From: an uncultured Spirochaetota bacterium
GTDB lineage: Bacteria; Spirochaetota; Spirochaetia; SZUA-6; Fen-1364
Direction: 5' to 3'
Assembly: GCA_963820525.1 (NCBI GenBank)
Contig: CAWGAA010000003.1
Span: forward strand, 384,001-448,000
DNA: 64,000 nt
Shown here: positions 9,661 through 19,389 of the stretch, one piece after another
How positions within the stretch are numbered: position 1 is the first letter of the stretch
Layout of the letters: each line of letters starts with the position of its first letter
Translations under genes and position numbers: made by a program
Notes under the pieces: generated by a model
Database searches by the model: none
What the model saw: only the letters and a program-made list of their open reading frames with translations
Told to the model about the DNA's origin: nothing

Positions 9661-10599
9661 ATGATTGTCTTCGGTCCCGTTCCTTCCCGGCGGCTCGGGC
9701 GGAGCCTGGGAGTGAACAACATCCCGCCCAAGCACTGCAGCTACTCTTGCGTCTACTGCCAAGTGGGGCGTACCCGCCATTCGACGGTGGAGCGCCATAC
9801 CTTCTACGAACCTCGGGACATACTGGCCGAGGCCCGTGCCCGGCTGGAACTCCTGCGCGCCGCCGGCGAGAAGGTCGACTACCTGAGCTTCGTGCCGGAC
9901 GGCGAGCCGGCCCTGGACGGCAACCTTGGGCTCTCGATCGAGCTGCTGCGGACGCTGAAGGTTCCGGTGGCCGTGATCACCAACGCCTCGCTGATCGACA
10001 GCAGGGAGGTGAGGCGGGAGCTGTGCCTGGCGGACTGGGTCAGCCTGAAGGTGGACGCCGCCGCCGAGCGGCCCTGGCGGCGGGTCAACCGTCCGCACCG
10101 CTCGCTGCGCCTGCCCGCCTTGCGGGAGGGAATGCTGGCCTTCGCCGCCGGGTTCACGGGGCGCCTGGTCACCGAGACCATGCTGGTGCAGGGGGTCAAC
10201 GACGCACCGGAACAGCTCGCCGAAACCGCGGGTTTCCTGAGCCGTCTCGGGCCGGCCGTCGCCTACATCTCCGCGCCGATACGCCCGCCGGCCGAATCCT
10301 GGGTCACGGCGCCGGAGCCCGGCGTCGTGCTGCAAGCCTACAAGATGTTCACCGCCAATGGCCTGTCCGTGGAGCTGCTGACCGGCAGCGAAGGCGACGA
10401 CTTCCGCGGCAGCGGAAGCGCCGAAGAGGACCTGCTGGCCATCACCGCCGTGCACCCCATGCGCCGCCAGGCGGTGGAAGGTCTGCTGCAGCGCTGCGGC
10501 GCCGGCTGGTCGGTGGTCCAGGATCTGCTGGACCGGGGACGCCTTGCGGAGAGTCGTTACGAGGGGGAGACATTCTACTTGAGACGGTTCCCGCGATAG
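9661..10599 (+). CDS. Radical SAM protein
   Basis: 'FGPVPSRRLGRSLG' N-terminus and CSYSCVYC (CX3CX2C). Confidence 0.9.
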   Translation: MIVFGPVPSRRLGRSLGVNNIPPKHCSYSCVYCQVGRTRHSTVERHTFYEPRDILAEARARLELLRAAGEKVDYLSFVPDGEPALDGNLGLSIELLRTLKVPVAVITNASLIDSREVRRELCLADWVSLKVDAAAERPWRRVNRPHRSLRLPALREGMLAFAAGFTGRLVTETMLVQGVNDAPEQLAETAGFLSRLGPAVAYISAPIRPPAESWVTAPEPGVVLQAYKMFTANGLSVELLTGSEGDDFRGSGSAEEDLLAITAVHPMRRQAVEGLLQRCGAGWSVVQDLLDRGRLAESRYEGETFYLRRFPR

Positions 10600-10663
10600 A
10601 TCGACAAGGAGAGATCATGGAAAAACGCCTTCATGCGCTGCGGTGCGGCACCGCTCTCTCGGT

Positions 10664-11119
10664 TCAGTCGTAGTCCATACGGGTTTTCTCGTCGGAAAGG
10701 CTTGGAGCGATCATCCGTTGCCATTGGTCGCTCTTCCAGGTACCCAGTCGAGCGTGGCCGGTGTAGTACTTCTGGGGAATCGGATGAGTGCCGATCTTGA
10801 CGTCGACTCCGTATTTTTGCACGAGAAATTCGACGAAAAAAGATAGCCGGGGGCACGGGGGGTAGCCCACCACCATGCCGGTGGCCAGGTGGATGACCTC
10901 CGCTCCATTGCGGATCATCTCGGCCGGGGCATACTCGATGTTTCCGCCGGGACATCCCCCGCAACTGGTATAACCCACCAGTTCAACCTCGCAGTCCCGA
11001 TAGATGCCGAACGCCCCCTCCCGCCGGCGGAGCGCTCGAAAACACTTGCCCCCGGCGCAGGTAGCGTAGCGGCTGCAAATGATGATGCCGATCTTTTTCG
11101 TCTTCGTTTCCATTGTCAT
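10664..11119 (-). CDS. CGGC-domain protein
   Basis: 'IGIIIC..Y..CAGGKC', 'SCGGCPG', 'IHLATG', 'PPCP', 'GTH'. Confidence 0.9.
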   Translation of the reverse strand: MTMETKTKKIGIIICSRYATCAGGKCFRALRRREGAFGIYRDCEVELVGYTSCGGCPGGNIEYAPAEMIRNGAEVIHLATGMVVGYPPCPRLSFFVEFLVQKYGVDVKIGTHPIPQKYYTGHARLGTWKSDQWQRMIAPSLSDEKTRMDYD

Positions 11120-11125
11120 GTTTTT

Positions 11126-11155
11126 AGTGTACGGGGCGCAATTCTCCGTTGTCAA
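11126..11155 (-). promoter_or_regulatory. Sigma-70-type promoter for the CGGC gene (probably leaderless)
   Basis: TTGACA-N18-TACACT ending 6 nt before the ATG. Confidence 0.55.
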
Positions 11156-11208
11156 TCGCGGCAATCATGCGGCGTGTGTGTTGCCGGGCAAGCCCTTAAG
11201 CGAAGAGG

Positions 11209-11742
11209 CTACCGGCGATTCAGGTTCAGCGGAACGCGGAAGCTGCGGAACTTGAGGGGAAGAAACATCGGTACTCGCGCCTGGTATTTCCGGTATTCAG
11301 CCCCGAATTTCTTGACTAAAAGCAGCTCTTCATATTTCGCCGCCAGGTAGTAGAAAAGAAAGATCAAGAGGCTCACGGCCGCGGAAGACACGGAAAGAGT
11401 CATTATGACGAGGCCAAGAGAGAACACCCATGAGCCAAGATACATCGGATGGCGGACGAACGAGAAAACCCCCTTGCTGATGACGCCGGGTTCCCGGTCG
11501 GGCCCGCCGAAAACGGCCTTGTGCGCCGACAGGGCAAGAAAAGCGGAAGCGACCAATGCCGCCCCACCGACAGCAAAGCGAATGGAGACGGGCACATGGA
11601 CCGCGAGGAAAACGGAGTAACGAAAAAGGAAGGAGTCGGTGATCCAGGTGGCCAGAAAAATCGTAAAAAGGACCAATTGTCCGATATCGGTCAAGGCATG
11701 CTCGCCGGCCATCCCATGCCTGTTGGAATTTTGTGCACCCAT
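11209..11742 (-). CDS. Isoprenylcysteine carboxylmethyltransferase/PEMT-family membrane protein
   Basis: 'GVFSFVRHPMYLG', 'EE..L...FG.EY..Y...VPMF'; GAGGAGG RBS. Confidence 0.85.
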   Translation of the reverse strand: MGAQNSNRHGMAGEHALTDIGQLVLFTIFLATWITDSFLFRYSVFLAVHVPVSIRFAVGGAALVASAFLALSAHKAVFGGPDREPGVISKGVFSFVRHPMYLGSWVFSLGLVIMTLSVSSAAVSLLIFLFYYLAAKYEELLLVKKFGAEYRKYQARVPMFLPLKFRSFRVPLNLNRR

Positions 11743-11837
11743 CGTGTGGACCTCCTCGTGTTCTTTCACCCACACAGACGGTCTAGGGGTGGGCTTATTG
11801 CATATCGGGTCCTGATTGCCGTGGCAATGTTAGGGGC

Positions 11838-11881
11838 TTGTAAGATTTTTCGGTATGCCGTATAATATTCGGTGTTCCGAA
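11838..11881 (+). promoter_or_regulatory. Sigma-70 promoter with two TTCGG-N4-CCG(A/T)A palindromes (probable DtxR-family operator)
   Basis: TTGTAA-N17-TATAAT; palindromes at 11849-11862 and 11868-11881. Confidence 0.7.
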
Positions 11882-11893
11882 GAAGGAGTAAGA

Positions 11894-12421
11894 ATGGACG
11901 CGAAAGCGCTGAGCGAAAGCCTCGAGGATTACCTGGAGGCCATTCATCACATCGTGCGGGCAAAAGGTGCCGCTCGGGCAAAAGACATTTCGCAGCGGCT
12001 CAAGGTAAACCGCTCCTCGGTCACCGGTGCCCTGCGCGCACTCGCGGAGAAGAATCTGGTAAACTATGCCCCCTATGACCTGGTAACACTGACCCCGGAG
12101 GGCGGGCGTGTTGCAGAGCGCATCGTTCACCGCCATGAGGTTCTCAAGGATTTCATAAGCCGTGTGCTCGGACTGGAAGAACGGATAGCCGAGGAAGACG
12201 CCTGCCGGATGGAGCATGCGGTTTCAGAGCCGGTCCTGGATCGACTTGCGCAGTTCATTGACTTCATCCGTATCTGTCCCCGGATCGACATCCACTGGAT
12301 AGAGGAAATCGGCTACTTCTGTCGCAGACCCGACACGCTGGAGGATTGTGAACGGTGCATGCAGGCATCGCTTGGCAGCCTCGGAAAGAAACGGGATGGA
12401 GATGGAAAGATATCTCACTGA
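11894..12421 (+). CDS. DtxR/MntR-family metal-dependent repressor
   Basis: 'SESLEDYLEAI', 'RHEVLKDF', 'DACRMEH'; Cys-containing C-terminal tail. Confidence 0.9.
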   Translation: MDAKALSESLEDYLEAIHHIVRAKGAARAKDISQRLKVNRSSVTGALRALAEKNLVNYAPYDLVTLTPEGGRVAERIVHRHEVLKDFISRVLGLEERIAEEDACRMEHAVSEPVLDRLAQFIDFIRICPRIDIHWIEEIGYFCRRPDTLEDCERCMQASLGSLGKKRDGDGKISH

Positions 12422-12647
12422 CCTGGCCAAAGGCGAAGAAGGGATCATCGTCGCTCTCCAGGGCGGCTCGGGCATGCAGCAGCGTCTACGCCGCCTGGGT
12501 TTGGACGAAGGGCAGGCGATCCGCAAGCTCTCCGATCTGGCCTTGGGCGGCCCGGTGATCGTCCTGGTCAACCGGACCCAGGTGGCGATCGGCCGAGGCA
12601 TGGCCAGCAGGATCCTGGTCCGCCCCGGCACCGCGGCAGGCGCGTAA
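12402..12647 (+). CDS. feoA: Ferrous iron transport protein A
   Basis: 'LTDLAKGEEG', 'RLRRLGL', 'GGPVIV', 'VAIGRGMA'. Confidence 0.9.
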   Translation: MERYLTDLAKGEEGIIVALQGGSGMQQRLRRLGLDEGQAIRKLSDLALGGPVIVLVNRTQVAIGRGMASRILVRPGTAAGA

Positions 12648-12657
12648 GGAGGGGCTG

Positions 12658-14526
12658 ATGAGCCGGGCCAAGGACCGAATCCGGACGCAGAGCGACATCC
12701 TGCTTGTGGGACAGCCCAATGTCGGCAAGAGCGTCCTGTTTTCGCGCTTGACCGGCGTGCGCACGATCGCTTCGAATTACCCCGGCACGACGGTCACCTT
12801 CACGTGCGGCCGCCTGAGCGCCGGCGGGGCAAACTTCCTCGTGGTGGACGCTCCCGGAACCTACTCCCTGGAACCCTTCGACGAGGCGGCCAGAGTTGCC
12901 GTAGATCTGCTTGCCGGTGCCCGGCGGATCGTGAACGTGGTGGACGCCACCCACATGGAGCGGCACTTGCCGCTCACTCTCGAGCTCATCGCGCAGAGCA
13001 AGCCTCTGGTCATAGCCCTGAACATGAGCGACGAAGCCCGCCATCTGGGAATCGCCATCGATTCCGCCCGCTTGGCCGCGAGGCTCGGCGTTCCGGTCGT
13101 TCCCATCGTGGCCCGCAGCGGCGAAGGGGTAAGGAGGCTGGTCGAGGCGGTGCTGTTCCTACCCGCGGCAGAGCAGACCGGGGGTGAGCCAGCACCCCTG
13201 CGGCAACCCTCTCCTCACCTGCCGCGGGCAGCCGGCCATGCTCACGCGACCGGGGCGGAGCACCTGCATCTGGATCGGGATCGGATCTGGCAGCGCATCG
13301 GCGGGCTGGTGGACGAGGTCCAGACCATTGTCCACCATCATCACAGCTTCGGAGAAAGGCTGGAGGAGTGGAGCATTCACCCGGTGTGGGGCAGCCTGGT
13401 CGCCCTGCTTGTGCTCGCCGCTTCCTTTTCCCTGGTTCGTCTGATAGGGGAGTTTCTCATCGGGGGGACCGTCGGCATCGTCGGTTCAGCGTGGTTCCAG
13501 GTGCCTTTCGGCACGAAACTTCTCTTCGAACGCGCGTTGGAGCCGCTTCTGACGGCGCTTTCCGGGCTTCTGGGCCCCGGCTCCTTCCTGCACCGTCTCC
13601 TCATCGGCTCCCTGGTGGACGGCCGGATCTCCTTCGAACAGTCCTTCGGCCTGCTCACCTCGGGGCTGTTCATCCCTCTGGGCATCGTGCTGCCCTACCT
13701 GTTGTCTTTCTACTTCGTCCTGGCCCTGCTGGAAGACAGCGGGTACCTCCCGCGGTTGGCGGTGTTCCTGGACAATATCATGCACCGCCTCGGTCTGCAT
13801 GGGTACGCCATCATCCCCACCCTCCTCGGCCTTGGCTGCAACGTGCCCGGGATCATGGCTACGCGCATCCTCGAAACCCGCGGGCAGCGTTTCGTCACAG
13901 CCACCCTCATCTCGATTGCCGTGCCCTGCGCCGCCCTGCAGGCCATGATTGTCGGCATCCTCGGCGGCCGCGGACCGGGGCCGGTTCTCCTGGTCTACGC
14001 GATCCTGTTCGTAGTCTGGGTCCTCATCAGCCTGGCACTGCGCTTCACCTCGCGGGGATTCCGTCCCGAGCTCCTGGTGGAGATCCCCCCCTACCGGCTG
14101 CCCACCGCGCGGGCAATCCTGACCAAGCTGTGGATCCGCATCTCCGGTTTCCTGCGCGAAGCGCTTCCGATCATTTTCGCCGCCGTTCTGGTAGTGAACA
14201 TCCTGTACCAGCTGGAGGTATTCGAAGCGCTGGCCCGCTTCGCCGCCCCATTGGTCACGCGGCTCTGGGGAATGCCCCAGGAGTCCATCGTCCCGCTTTT
14301 GGTAGGAATCCTGCGTAAAGATCTGGCGCTGGGCATGTTCGTACCCCTTCACCTGAGTACCAAACAGCTGGTGATCGGCAGCGTGCTGCTGGCCATGTTT
14401 TTCCCCTGCCTGGCAACTTGCGTGGTCCTTTTCCGGGAGCTGGGCCTGCGGGGCGGCCTGAAGTCACTGGGAGTGATGCTGCTCGCGGTGATCGTGACCG
14501 GAGCGCTGCTCAATCTGATTCTCTAG
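12658..14526 (+). CDS. feoB: Ferrous iron transport protein B
   Basis: GQPNVGKS, NYPGTTV, DAPG, NMSD G-domain; 'LEDSGYLPR', 'GLGCNVP' membrane domain. Confidence 0.92.
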   Translation: MSRAKDRIRTQSDILLVGQPNVGKSVLFSRLTGVRTIASNYPGTTVTFTCGRLSAGGANFLVVDAPGTYSLEPFDEAARVAVDLLAGARRIVNVVDATHMERHLPLTLELIAQSKPLVIALNMSDEARHLGIAIDSARLAARLGVPVVPIVARSGEGVRRLVEAVLFLPAAEQTGGEPAPLRQPSPHLPRAAGHAHATGAEHLHLDRDRIWQRIGGLVDEVQTIVHHHHSFGERLEEWSIHPVWGSLVALLVLAASFSLVRLIGEFLIGGTVGIVGSAWFQVPFGTKLLFERALEPLLTALSGLLGPGSFLHRLLIGSLVDGRISFEQSFGLLTSGLFIPLGIVLPYLLSFYFVLALLEDSGYLPRLAVFLDNIMHRLGLHGYAIIPTLLGLGCNVPGIMATRILETRGQRFVTATLISIAVPCAALQAMIVGILGGRGPGPVLLVYAILFVVWVLISLALRFTSRGFRPELLVEIPPYRLPTARAILTKLWIRISGFLREALPIIFAAVLVVNILYQLEVFEALARFAAPLVTRLWGMPQESIVPLLVGILRKDLALGMFVPLHLSTKQLVIGSVLLAMFFPCLATCVVLFRELGLRGGLKSLGVMLLAVIVTGALLNLIL

Positions 14527-14575
14527 GAGGCCGGACTGATTCAGCTTACAACACCGGCAATCCGAACAGGCGCAA

Positions 14576-14629
14576 TTGACAGGTTTATCGGTACGGAGTA
14601 GAGTAACACGATATTATTTTTCGTAGCAC
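14576..14629 (+). promoter_or_regulatory. Sigma-70 promoter with an overlapping NikR-like box
   Basis: TTGACA-N17-TAGAGT; GTAACAC-N13-GTAGCAC at 14603-14629. Confidence 0.55.
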
Positions 14630-14638
14630 TATCTAGCC

Positions 14639-15346
14639 ATGATTCAGGGAGGGCCGGTTGATATGAACGAAGAACAGCCCAGGCAGTCAATCGAAGAAGC
14701 CATCGCCGCCGGCGACCTGCGAAAACTGCTCGTGATCAGCGGCATGCTCCATGGTCATTACTGTCCGTTCTCCGCCCTCGGCGTCAAGGCGGGGGCCTAT
14801 GCGATGAGGAAGCTGGGCGCACGCTCCACCGGGATGGAGGACCTGGTCGCCATCGTGGAAACCAACAACTGTTTCAGCGACGGCGTCCAGATCGTGACAG
14901 GCTGCACCTTCGGGAACAACGCCCTGATCTTCCGCGACTGCGGCAAGACCGCGTTCACGCTCGCCCACAGGACGGGAGAGGGTTTGCGGATATCGGTGAG
15001 GGCCGACAGGGTGATGGAAGAGCGCTCTGCGGAATGCGCGGAGCTCTTTGAAAAAGTCGTCGTGCAACGCAGCGGCAGCAAAGAAGAGGAAAGGCGGATG
15101 GGGGGGTTGTGGAAAGAACTCTCCTTCCGGGTTATCCAACTTCCCGATGAGGAGGTTTTTGATATCAAGACGGTGCCCGTCGAGATCCCCCGCTATGCTC
15201 GGATTTTCGCCAGCGTGAAGTGCTCCGTGTGCGGCGAGAACGTCATGGAACCGAGAGCCAGGATGAAAGGGGGCCAACCCGTGTGCCTGGCCTGCGCGGG
15301 CAGCGAATATTACCAGCTCGCCGGTGACGGCATCTCAACCGTTTGA
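14639..15346 (+). CDS. FmdE-family protein with C-terminal zinc finger
   Basis: 'HGHYCP', 'ETNNCFSDGVQ..TGCTFGN', CSVC...CLAC. Confidence 0.9.
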   Translation: MIQGGPVDMNEEQPRQSIEEAIAAGDLRKLLVISGMLHGHYCPFSALGVKAGAYAMRKLGARSTGMEDLVAIVETNNCFSDGVQIVTGCTFGNNALIFRDCGKTAFTLAHRTGEGLRISVRADRVMEERSAECAELFEKVVVQRSGSKEEERRMGGLWKELSFRVIQLPDEEVFDIKTVPVEIPRYARIFASVKCSVCGENVMEPRARMKGGQPVCLACAGSEYYQLAGDGISTV

Positions 15347-15413
15347 AAACGGGAATAGTGATATCGGTATTATAAAAGGCATCGCTTGCGCTGTCCGCGG
15401 CAACCGCATACGC

Positions 15414-15464
15414 GGTCGCATATTCGCTACCATCAAATGACCAGATGGTCGCGATTCTGCTACT
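15414..15464 (+). promoter_or_regulatory. Tandem upstream activator sites
   Basis: GGTCGC-N6-GCTACC and GGTCGC-N6-GCTACT, 33 bp apart; proximal site ends 88 bp before the -24 box. Confidence 0.6.
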
Positions 15465-15551
15465 CGGGCTTCACACAAGGCAATGTCTTATACTCCGACA
15501 ACTCTTTGTAAAGAAAGAAAATAAATCCATTCTCGGCCTTCAATAATAGAA

Positions 15552-15567
15552 TGGCACGCATTTTGCA
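15552..15567 (+). promoter_or_regulatory. Sigma-54 (-24/-12) promoter of the ORP-type operon
   Basis: TGGCAC-GCATT-TTGCA. Confidence 0.85.
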
Positions 15568-15592
15568 CATCCATGGCAGTGAGACCACATTC

Positions 15593-15982
15593 ATGAAAGT
15601 GGCAATTTCCACATGGAACGGAAGGATATCGCCGGTCTTCGACGTGGCGCGCACGCTGTTGGTGCTGGAAATCGGGGAAGAGGGAATCGCCGAAAGGCGC
15701 GAGCAATCCCTCGGTGACGGTCCCGCGGGGCGGATAGAGCGGATTGCCGATGCCGGAGTGCAGGTCTTGCTGTGTGGAGCGATATCGCAACCGCTGGCGG
15801 GGATGCTCGCCGCGCGGGGAGTGAGGGTTGTCCCTTTTATTTCCGGCGATGTCGAGGAAGTAATCCGGGCGTACCTTGCCGGAGCCCTCGACTGCCCTCG
15901 GTTCGCCATGCCAGGTTGCGGCGGGCGACGCATGAGACTGAGAGGAGGCGGGCGCGGCTGCGGGAGGAAAGACGGCCGGTGA
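15593..15982 (+). CDS. NifB/NifX-family (FeMo-co-binding-like) protein
   Basis: 'MKVAIST..GRISPVFD', 'LLCGAIS', 'MPGCG' plus Arg/Gly tail. Confidence 0.85.
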   Translation: MKVAISTWNGRISPVFDVARTLLVLEIGEEGIAERREQSLGDGPAGRIERIADAGVQVLLCGAISQPLAGMLAARGVRVVPFISGDVEEVIRAYLAGALDCPRFAMPGCGGRRMRLRGGGRGCGRKDGR

Positions 15983-16018
15983 CGGGCGAAGAGAATTTAC
16001 CATGAAGGAGGCATCGTC

Positions 16019-16429
16019 ATGCCAAGAGGAGATGGAACGGGACCTATGGGATTTGGACCGATGACGGGAAGGGCCGCCGGGTATTGCGCCGGCTTCGGCA
16101 TGCCGGGATTCATGAACCCGGTCCCCGGATTCGGGGCGGGAGCCCGTTTGGGCCGCGGGCGTGGAGCGGGGTTCTGGGGCGGCGGAGGAGGCCGAGGCTG
16201 GAGGAACATGTTCTACGCCACGGGGCTTGCGGGCTGGCAGCGGGCGGCCATGGGCTGGCCCGCGTTCGCCGGGGGGTTCTACGGAGCGCCCGCGGCCCCG
16301 GCGATGACCAGGGAGCAGCAGGTGGAGACGCTCAAGGATCAGGCGGAGTTGCTGGAGGAGCAACTCGGCGCGATCAAGAGGCGCATGGAGGAGTTGTCGG
16401 CTGCGGGTTCCGCGGAGGCGGAGAAATGA
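16019..16429 (+). CDS. DUF5320-type Gly-rich protein
   Basis: 'MPRGDGTGPMGFGPMTGRAAGYCAG' plus C-terminal coiled coil. Confidence 0.85.
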   Translation: MPRGDGTGPMGFGPMTGRAAGYCAGFGMPGFMNPVPGFGAGARLGRGRGAGFWGGGGGRGWRNMFYATGLAGWQRAAMGWPAFAGGFYGAPAAPAMTREQQVETLKDQAELLEEQLGAIKRRMEELSAAGSAEAEK

Positions 16430-16788
16430 AGATCGCGATAAGCTCCCGCGGGGATGCGCTGGGCGCCGCCGTCGACCCGCGCTTCGGGCGCGCCGCGAAG
16501 TTCATCCTGTTCGATACCGCGACCGGCTCTTTCGAGGTCCGCGACAATGCCCAGAGCCTCAACGCCGCGCAGGGCGCGGGCATCCAGGCGGCGGAGACGA
16601 TCTCCCGCCTCGGGGCCCAAGCTGTCATCACGGGCCACTGCGGGCCGAAGGCTTTCCGGACGCTGCAGGCGGCGGGCATCCAGGTGGTGACCGGCGCCCA
16701 GGGCACGGTGGCCGACGTAGTGGATGCTTTTCGCAAAGGGACGCTCAGACCGGCCGAATCCGCCGACGTGGAAGGGCATTGGGCGTGA
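16426..16788 (+). CDS. NifB/NifX-family protein, orange-protein (ORP)-like
   Basis: 'VDPRFGRA..FILFD', 'GAGIQAA', 'VITGHCGPKAF'. Confidence 0.88.
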   Translation: MKIAISSRGDALGAAVDPRFGRAAKFILFDTATGSFEVRDNAQSLNAAQGAGIQAAETISRLGAQAVITGHCGPKAFRTLQAAGIQVVTGAQGTVADVVDAFRKGTLRPAESADVEGHWA

Positions 16789-17783
16789 GCCGCCCCTCCC
16801 AGATGGAAGGGTCTGCGATACTCGAGGTGGAGGGCATACGAAAATCTTTTGGAGCGGTGCGGGCGGTGGGCGGCGTATCGTTCACCGTATGCGCGGGCGA
16901 GCTGTTCGGCTTTCTGGGTCCCAATGGCGCGGGAAAGACCACGACGATCAACATGCTCACCGGTCTTGCGCGCCCGGATGCCGGCACGATCCGCATCGCG
17001 GGCGTCGACTGCTCGCGAAATCCCAAGGCCGCCCAACACCTGATGGGCATCGTGCCCGACGAGAGCAATCTCTACCCCGAGTTGACGGGCTTTGAGAACC
17101 TGTGCTTTTGCGCGGCCTTGTATGGAATGCCCCGGCGGGCCCGCGAAGAGGCCGCGCGCGGATCGCTCGTCCGCTTCGGCCTGGAAGAGGCGGCCCGCAG
17201 GAAGGTCGCCGGATATTCGCGGGGCATGAAGCGGAAGCTCACGATCGCCGCCGGCATCATCCACAGCCCCAAAATCCTGTTCCTCGACGAGCCGACCACG
17301 GGCATCGATGTCGCCGCCGCCCGACAGATCCGCAGAATCATCGCGGACGTGCAGCTTCACGGAACCACGGTCTTTCTGACCACCCATTATATCGAGGAGG
17401 CGGAGCGGCTGTGCGGCCGCATTGCGTTCATCGTCGACGGCCGCATTGTCCGCATTGGGGCGATCGAGGAACTGATGCGGCAGGCCCAGGACAGACACGT
17501 CGTGGAGTTCGCGGTCCGCGAAGGAGCGGCGGGACTGTGCGAGGCGATTTGCGCGGAGTTCCCGGCTCTCGAGTGCCAGGCCGTCATGGACGACGCGGTC
17601 CGCGTGACCTCTTCCGCGCCGGTGCGCATCGGTCCCCTGGTGAGGCTCATCGAGGAGCACGGGTCCGAGGTCATCGAGGCCCGCAAAATCCGGCAGTCGC
17701 TGGAGGAAGTGTTCGTGCAGGTAACCGGCGTCGAAGCGGCCGTGATGAAGAAAGAAAATGAAAAAAGGGGAGGCGGCGCGTGA
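16785..17783 (+). CDS. ABC-2-type exporter ATP-binding protein
   Basis: GPNGAGKTT, YSRGM, LDEPT; start is 16785 (GTG) or 16803. Confidence 0.92.
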   Translation: MSRPSQMEGSAILEVEGIRKSFGAVRAVGGVSFTVCAGELFGFLGPNGAGKTTTINMLTGLARPDAGTIRIAGVDCSRNPKAAQHLMGIVPDESNLYPELTGFENLCFCAALYGMPRRAREEAARGSLVRFGLEEAARRKVAGYSRGMKRKLTIAAGIIHSPKILFLDEPTTGIDVAAARQIRRIIADVQLHGTTVFLTTHYIEEAERLCGRIAFIVDGRIVRIGAIEELMRQAQDRHVVEFAVREGAAGLCEAICAEFPALECQAVMDDAVRVTSSAPVRIGPLVRLIEEHGSEVIEARKIRQSLEEVFVQVTGVEAAVMKKENEKRGGGA

Positions 17784-18517
17784 AGACATGGATCGCGTTC
17801 TGGAGCATCGTGGCGAAGGACGCGCGGACGTACTATCTCAAGCCGCCCAACATCAGCTGGGGGATCATCTTCCCGCTGGCCTGGGCCGGGATGTTCTTCA
17901 TCAGATCGGGCAGCGGTCTGCAAGGCGCGCGGGATCTGCTGCCGGGATTGATGGTTTTATCCATTCTTTTCGGCACGACGTCGCTCCTGGCGGTCACGGT
18001 GACGTTCGAGAAGAAGGGGCGTTCGTTCGAGCGGCTGCTCCTTGCCCCGATCCCGTTGGAACTGCTCATGCTGGCCAAGACTTTGGGCGCGATTCTCTTC
18101 GGCATCGCGAACGCGTTCGTGCCGCTCCTCCTGGCGGCGTTCCTCACCGACCTTCGGAACCTGAACTGGCCGGTTCTTATTCCCACCGTCGCGTTGATCG
18201 CGGCCGCGTCCACGTTCCTGGGCCTGTTCATAGCGGTCTCCGTCAGTGAAGTATTCGAGGCGCAGACGTTTTCGAACTTCTTCCGCTTCCCGATGGTCTT
18301 TCTCTGCGGCCTTTTCGTCCCCATCGGGCGGCTGCCGCTCTGGCTGCGGCCGCTGGCGTATGTTCTGCCGCTGACATACGGCGCCGATGCCGTTCACGGA
18401 GCAGTCAATGGAAGCAACGCCATGTCCTACCCGCTCGATATGTCCCTGCTCGGGGCCTTCTGCGTCGGTCTATTCATCCTGTGCGTCGTCAACCTGAAAA
18501 GGAAGTGGATCCAATGA
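17780..18517 (+). CDS. ABC-2-type permease
   Basis: About 6 TM helices, 'PMVFLCGLFVP..LP.WL', 'LPLTY'. Confidence 0.9.
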   Translation: MKTWIAFWSIVAKDARTYYLKPPNISWGIIFPLAWAGMFFIRSGSGLQGARDLLPGLMVLSILFGTTSLLAVTVTFEKKGRSFERLLLAPIPLELLMLAKTLGAILFGIANAFVPLLLAAFLTDLRNLNWPVLIPTVALIAAASTFLGLFIAVSVSEVFEAQTFSNFFRFPMVFLCGLFVPIGRLPLWLRPLAYVLPLTYGADAVHGAVNGSNAMSYPLDMSLLGAFCVGLFILCVVNLKRKWIQ

Positions 18518-19389
18518 TCGTTGCCGTCGCCTCCGGAAAGGGCGGTACCGGAAAAACGACTGTTACCGTGAACCTGGCGCTTGCCATGGCGGGACCGGTT
18601 CGCCTGCTCGACTGCGACGTGGAGGAACCGAACTGCCATATCTTCCTGAATCCGAGCATACGGGCGCGCGAGGTGGTCGGCATTCCCGTCCCGGCGGTGG
18701 ACGAGGCGAAGTGCACGGCGTGCGGGGAATGCGGCCGCATCTGCCAATACCACGCCATCGTATCTCTGAAGACCAAGCCGCTCATCTTCCCGGAGCTGTG
18801 CCATGGCTGCGGCGGGTGCGCGAAGGTCTGCCCGACAGGGGCCATATCCGAGATCGAGCACGAGATCGGTGTGGTCGAAACGGGGAGCGCAGGTGCGGTG
18901 GAGCTCGTTCAGGGACGCTTGAAGGTCGGCTTTCCCCTGTCCCCGCCGCTCATCCGCGCCGTGAAGCGTTATCACGATGATGGCGGACCGGTCATCATCG
19001 ACTGCCCGCCCGGAACGTCCTGTCCGGTCATCTCGGCGCTCAGGGGAAGCGACTTCGTCGTGCTCGTGACCGAGCCCACGCCGTTCGGCCTGCACGACCT
19101 CACCCTCGCCGTCGAAACGGTGCGGCAAATCGGCATCCCTTTCGCCGTGGTGATCAACCGCTCGGACGCGGGAGATGGGCGTGTGGCGGATTACTGCCGG
19201 CAGGAAAGTATCTGTGTCCTTCTCGAGGTGCCCGAGGACAGACGCGTGGCCGAGGCATACTCCCGCGGGCAGGCTGCGGTGGAGGCGCTGCCGGGATACG
19301 GGAGGATCTTCCGGCAGCTGTGGAAAAGCATCGAGGAAGCGGCGGATTCGCGGCGTGCCGCTGAAAGGATGGCCCATGCCGACGTATGA
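18514..19389 (+). CDS. MinD-like P-loop ATPase with inserted 2x[4Fe-4S] ferredoxin domain
   Basis: SGKGGTGKT, DCDVEEPN, two CxxCxxCxxxC motifs, DCPPGTSCP. Confidence 0.92.
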   Translation: MIVAVASGKGGTGKTTVTVNLALAMAGPVRLLDCDVEEPNCHIFLNPSIRAREVVGIPVPAVDEAKCTACGECGRICQYHAIVSLKTKPLIFPELCHGCGGCAKVCPTGAISEIEHEIGVVETGSAGAVELVQGRLKVGFPLSPPLIRAVKRYHDDGGPVIIDCPPGTSCPVISALRGSDFVVLVTEPTPFGLHDLTLAVETVRQIGIPFAVVINRSDAGDGRVADYCRQESICVLLEVPEDRRVAEAYSRGQAAVEALPGYGRIFRQLWKSIEEAADSRRAAERMAHADV

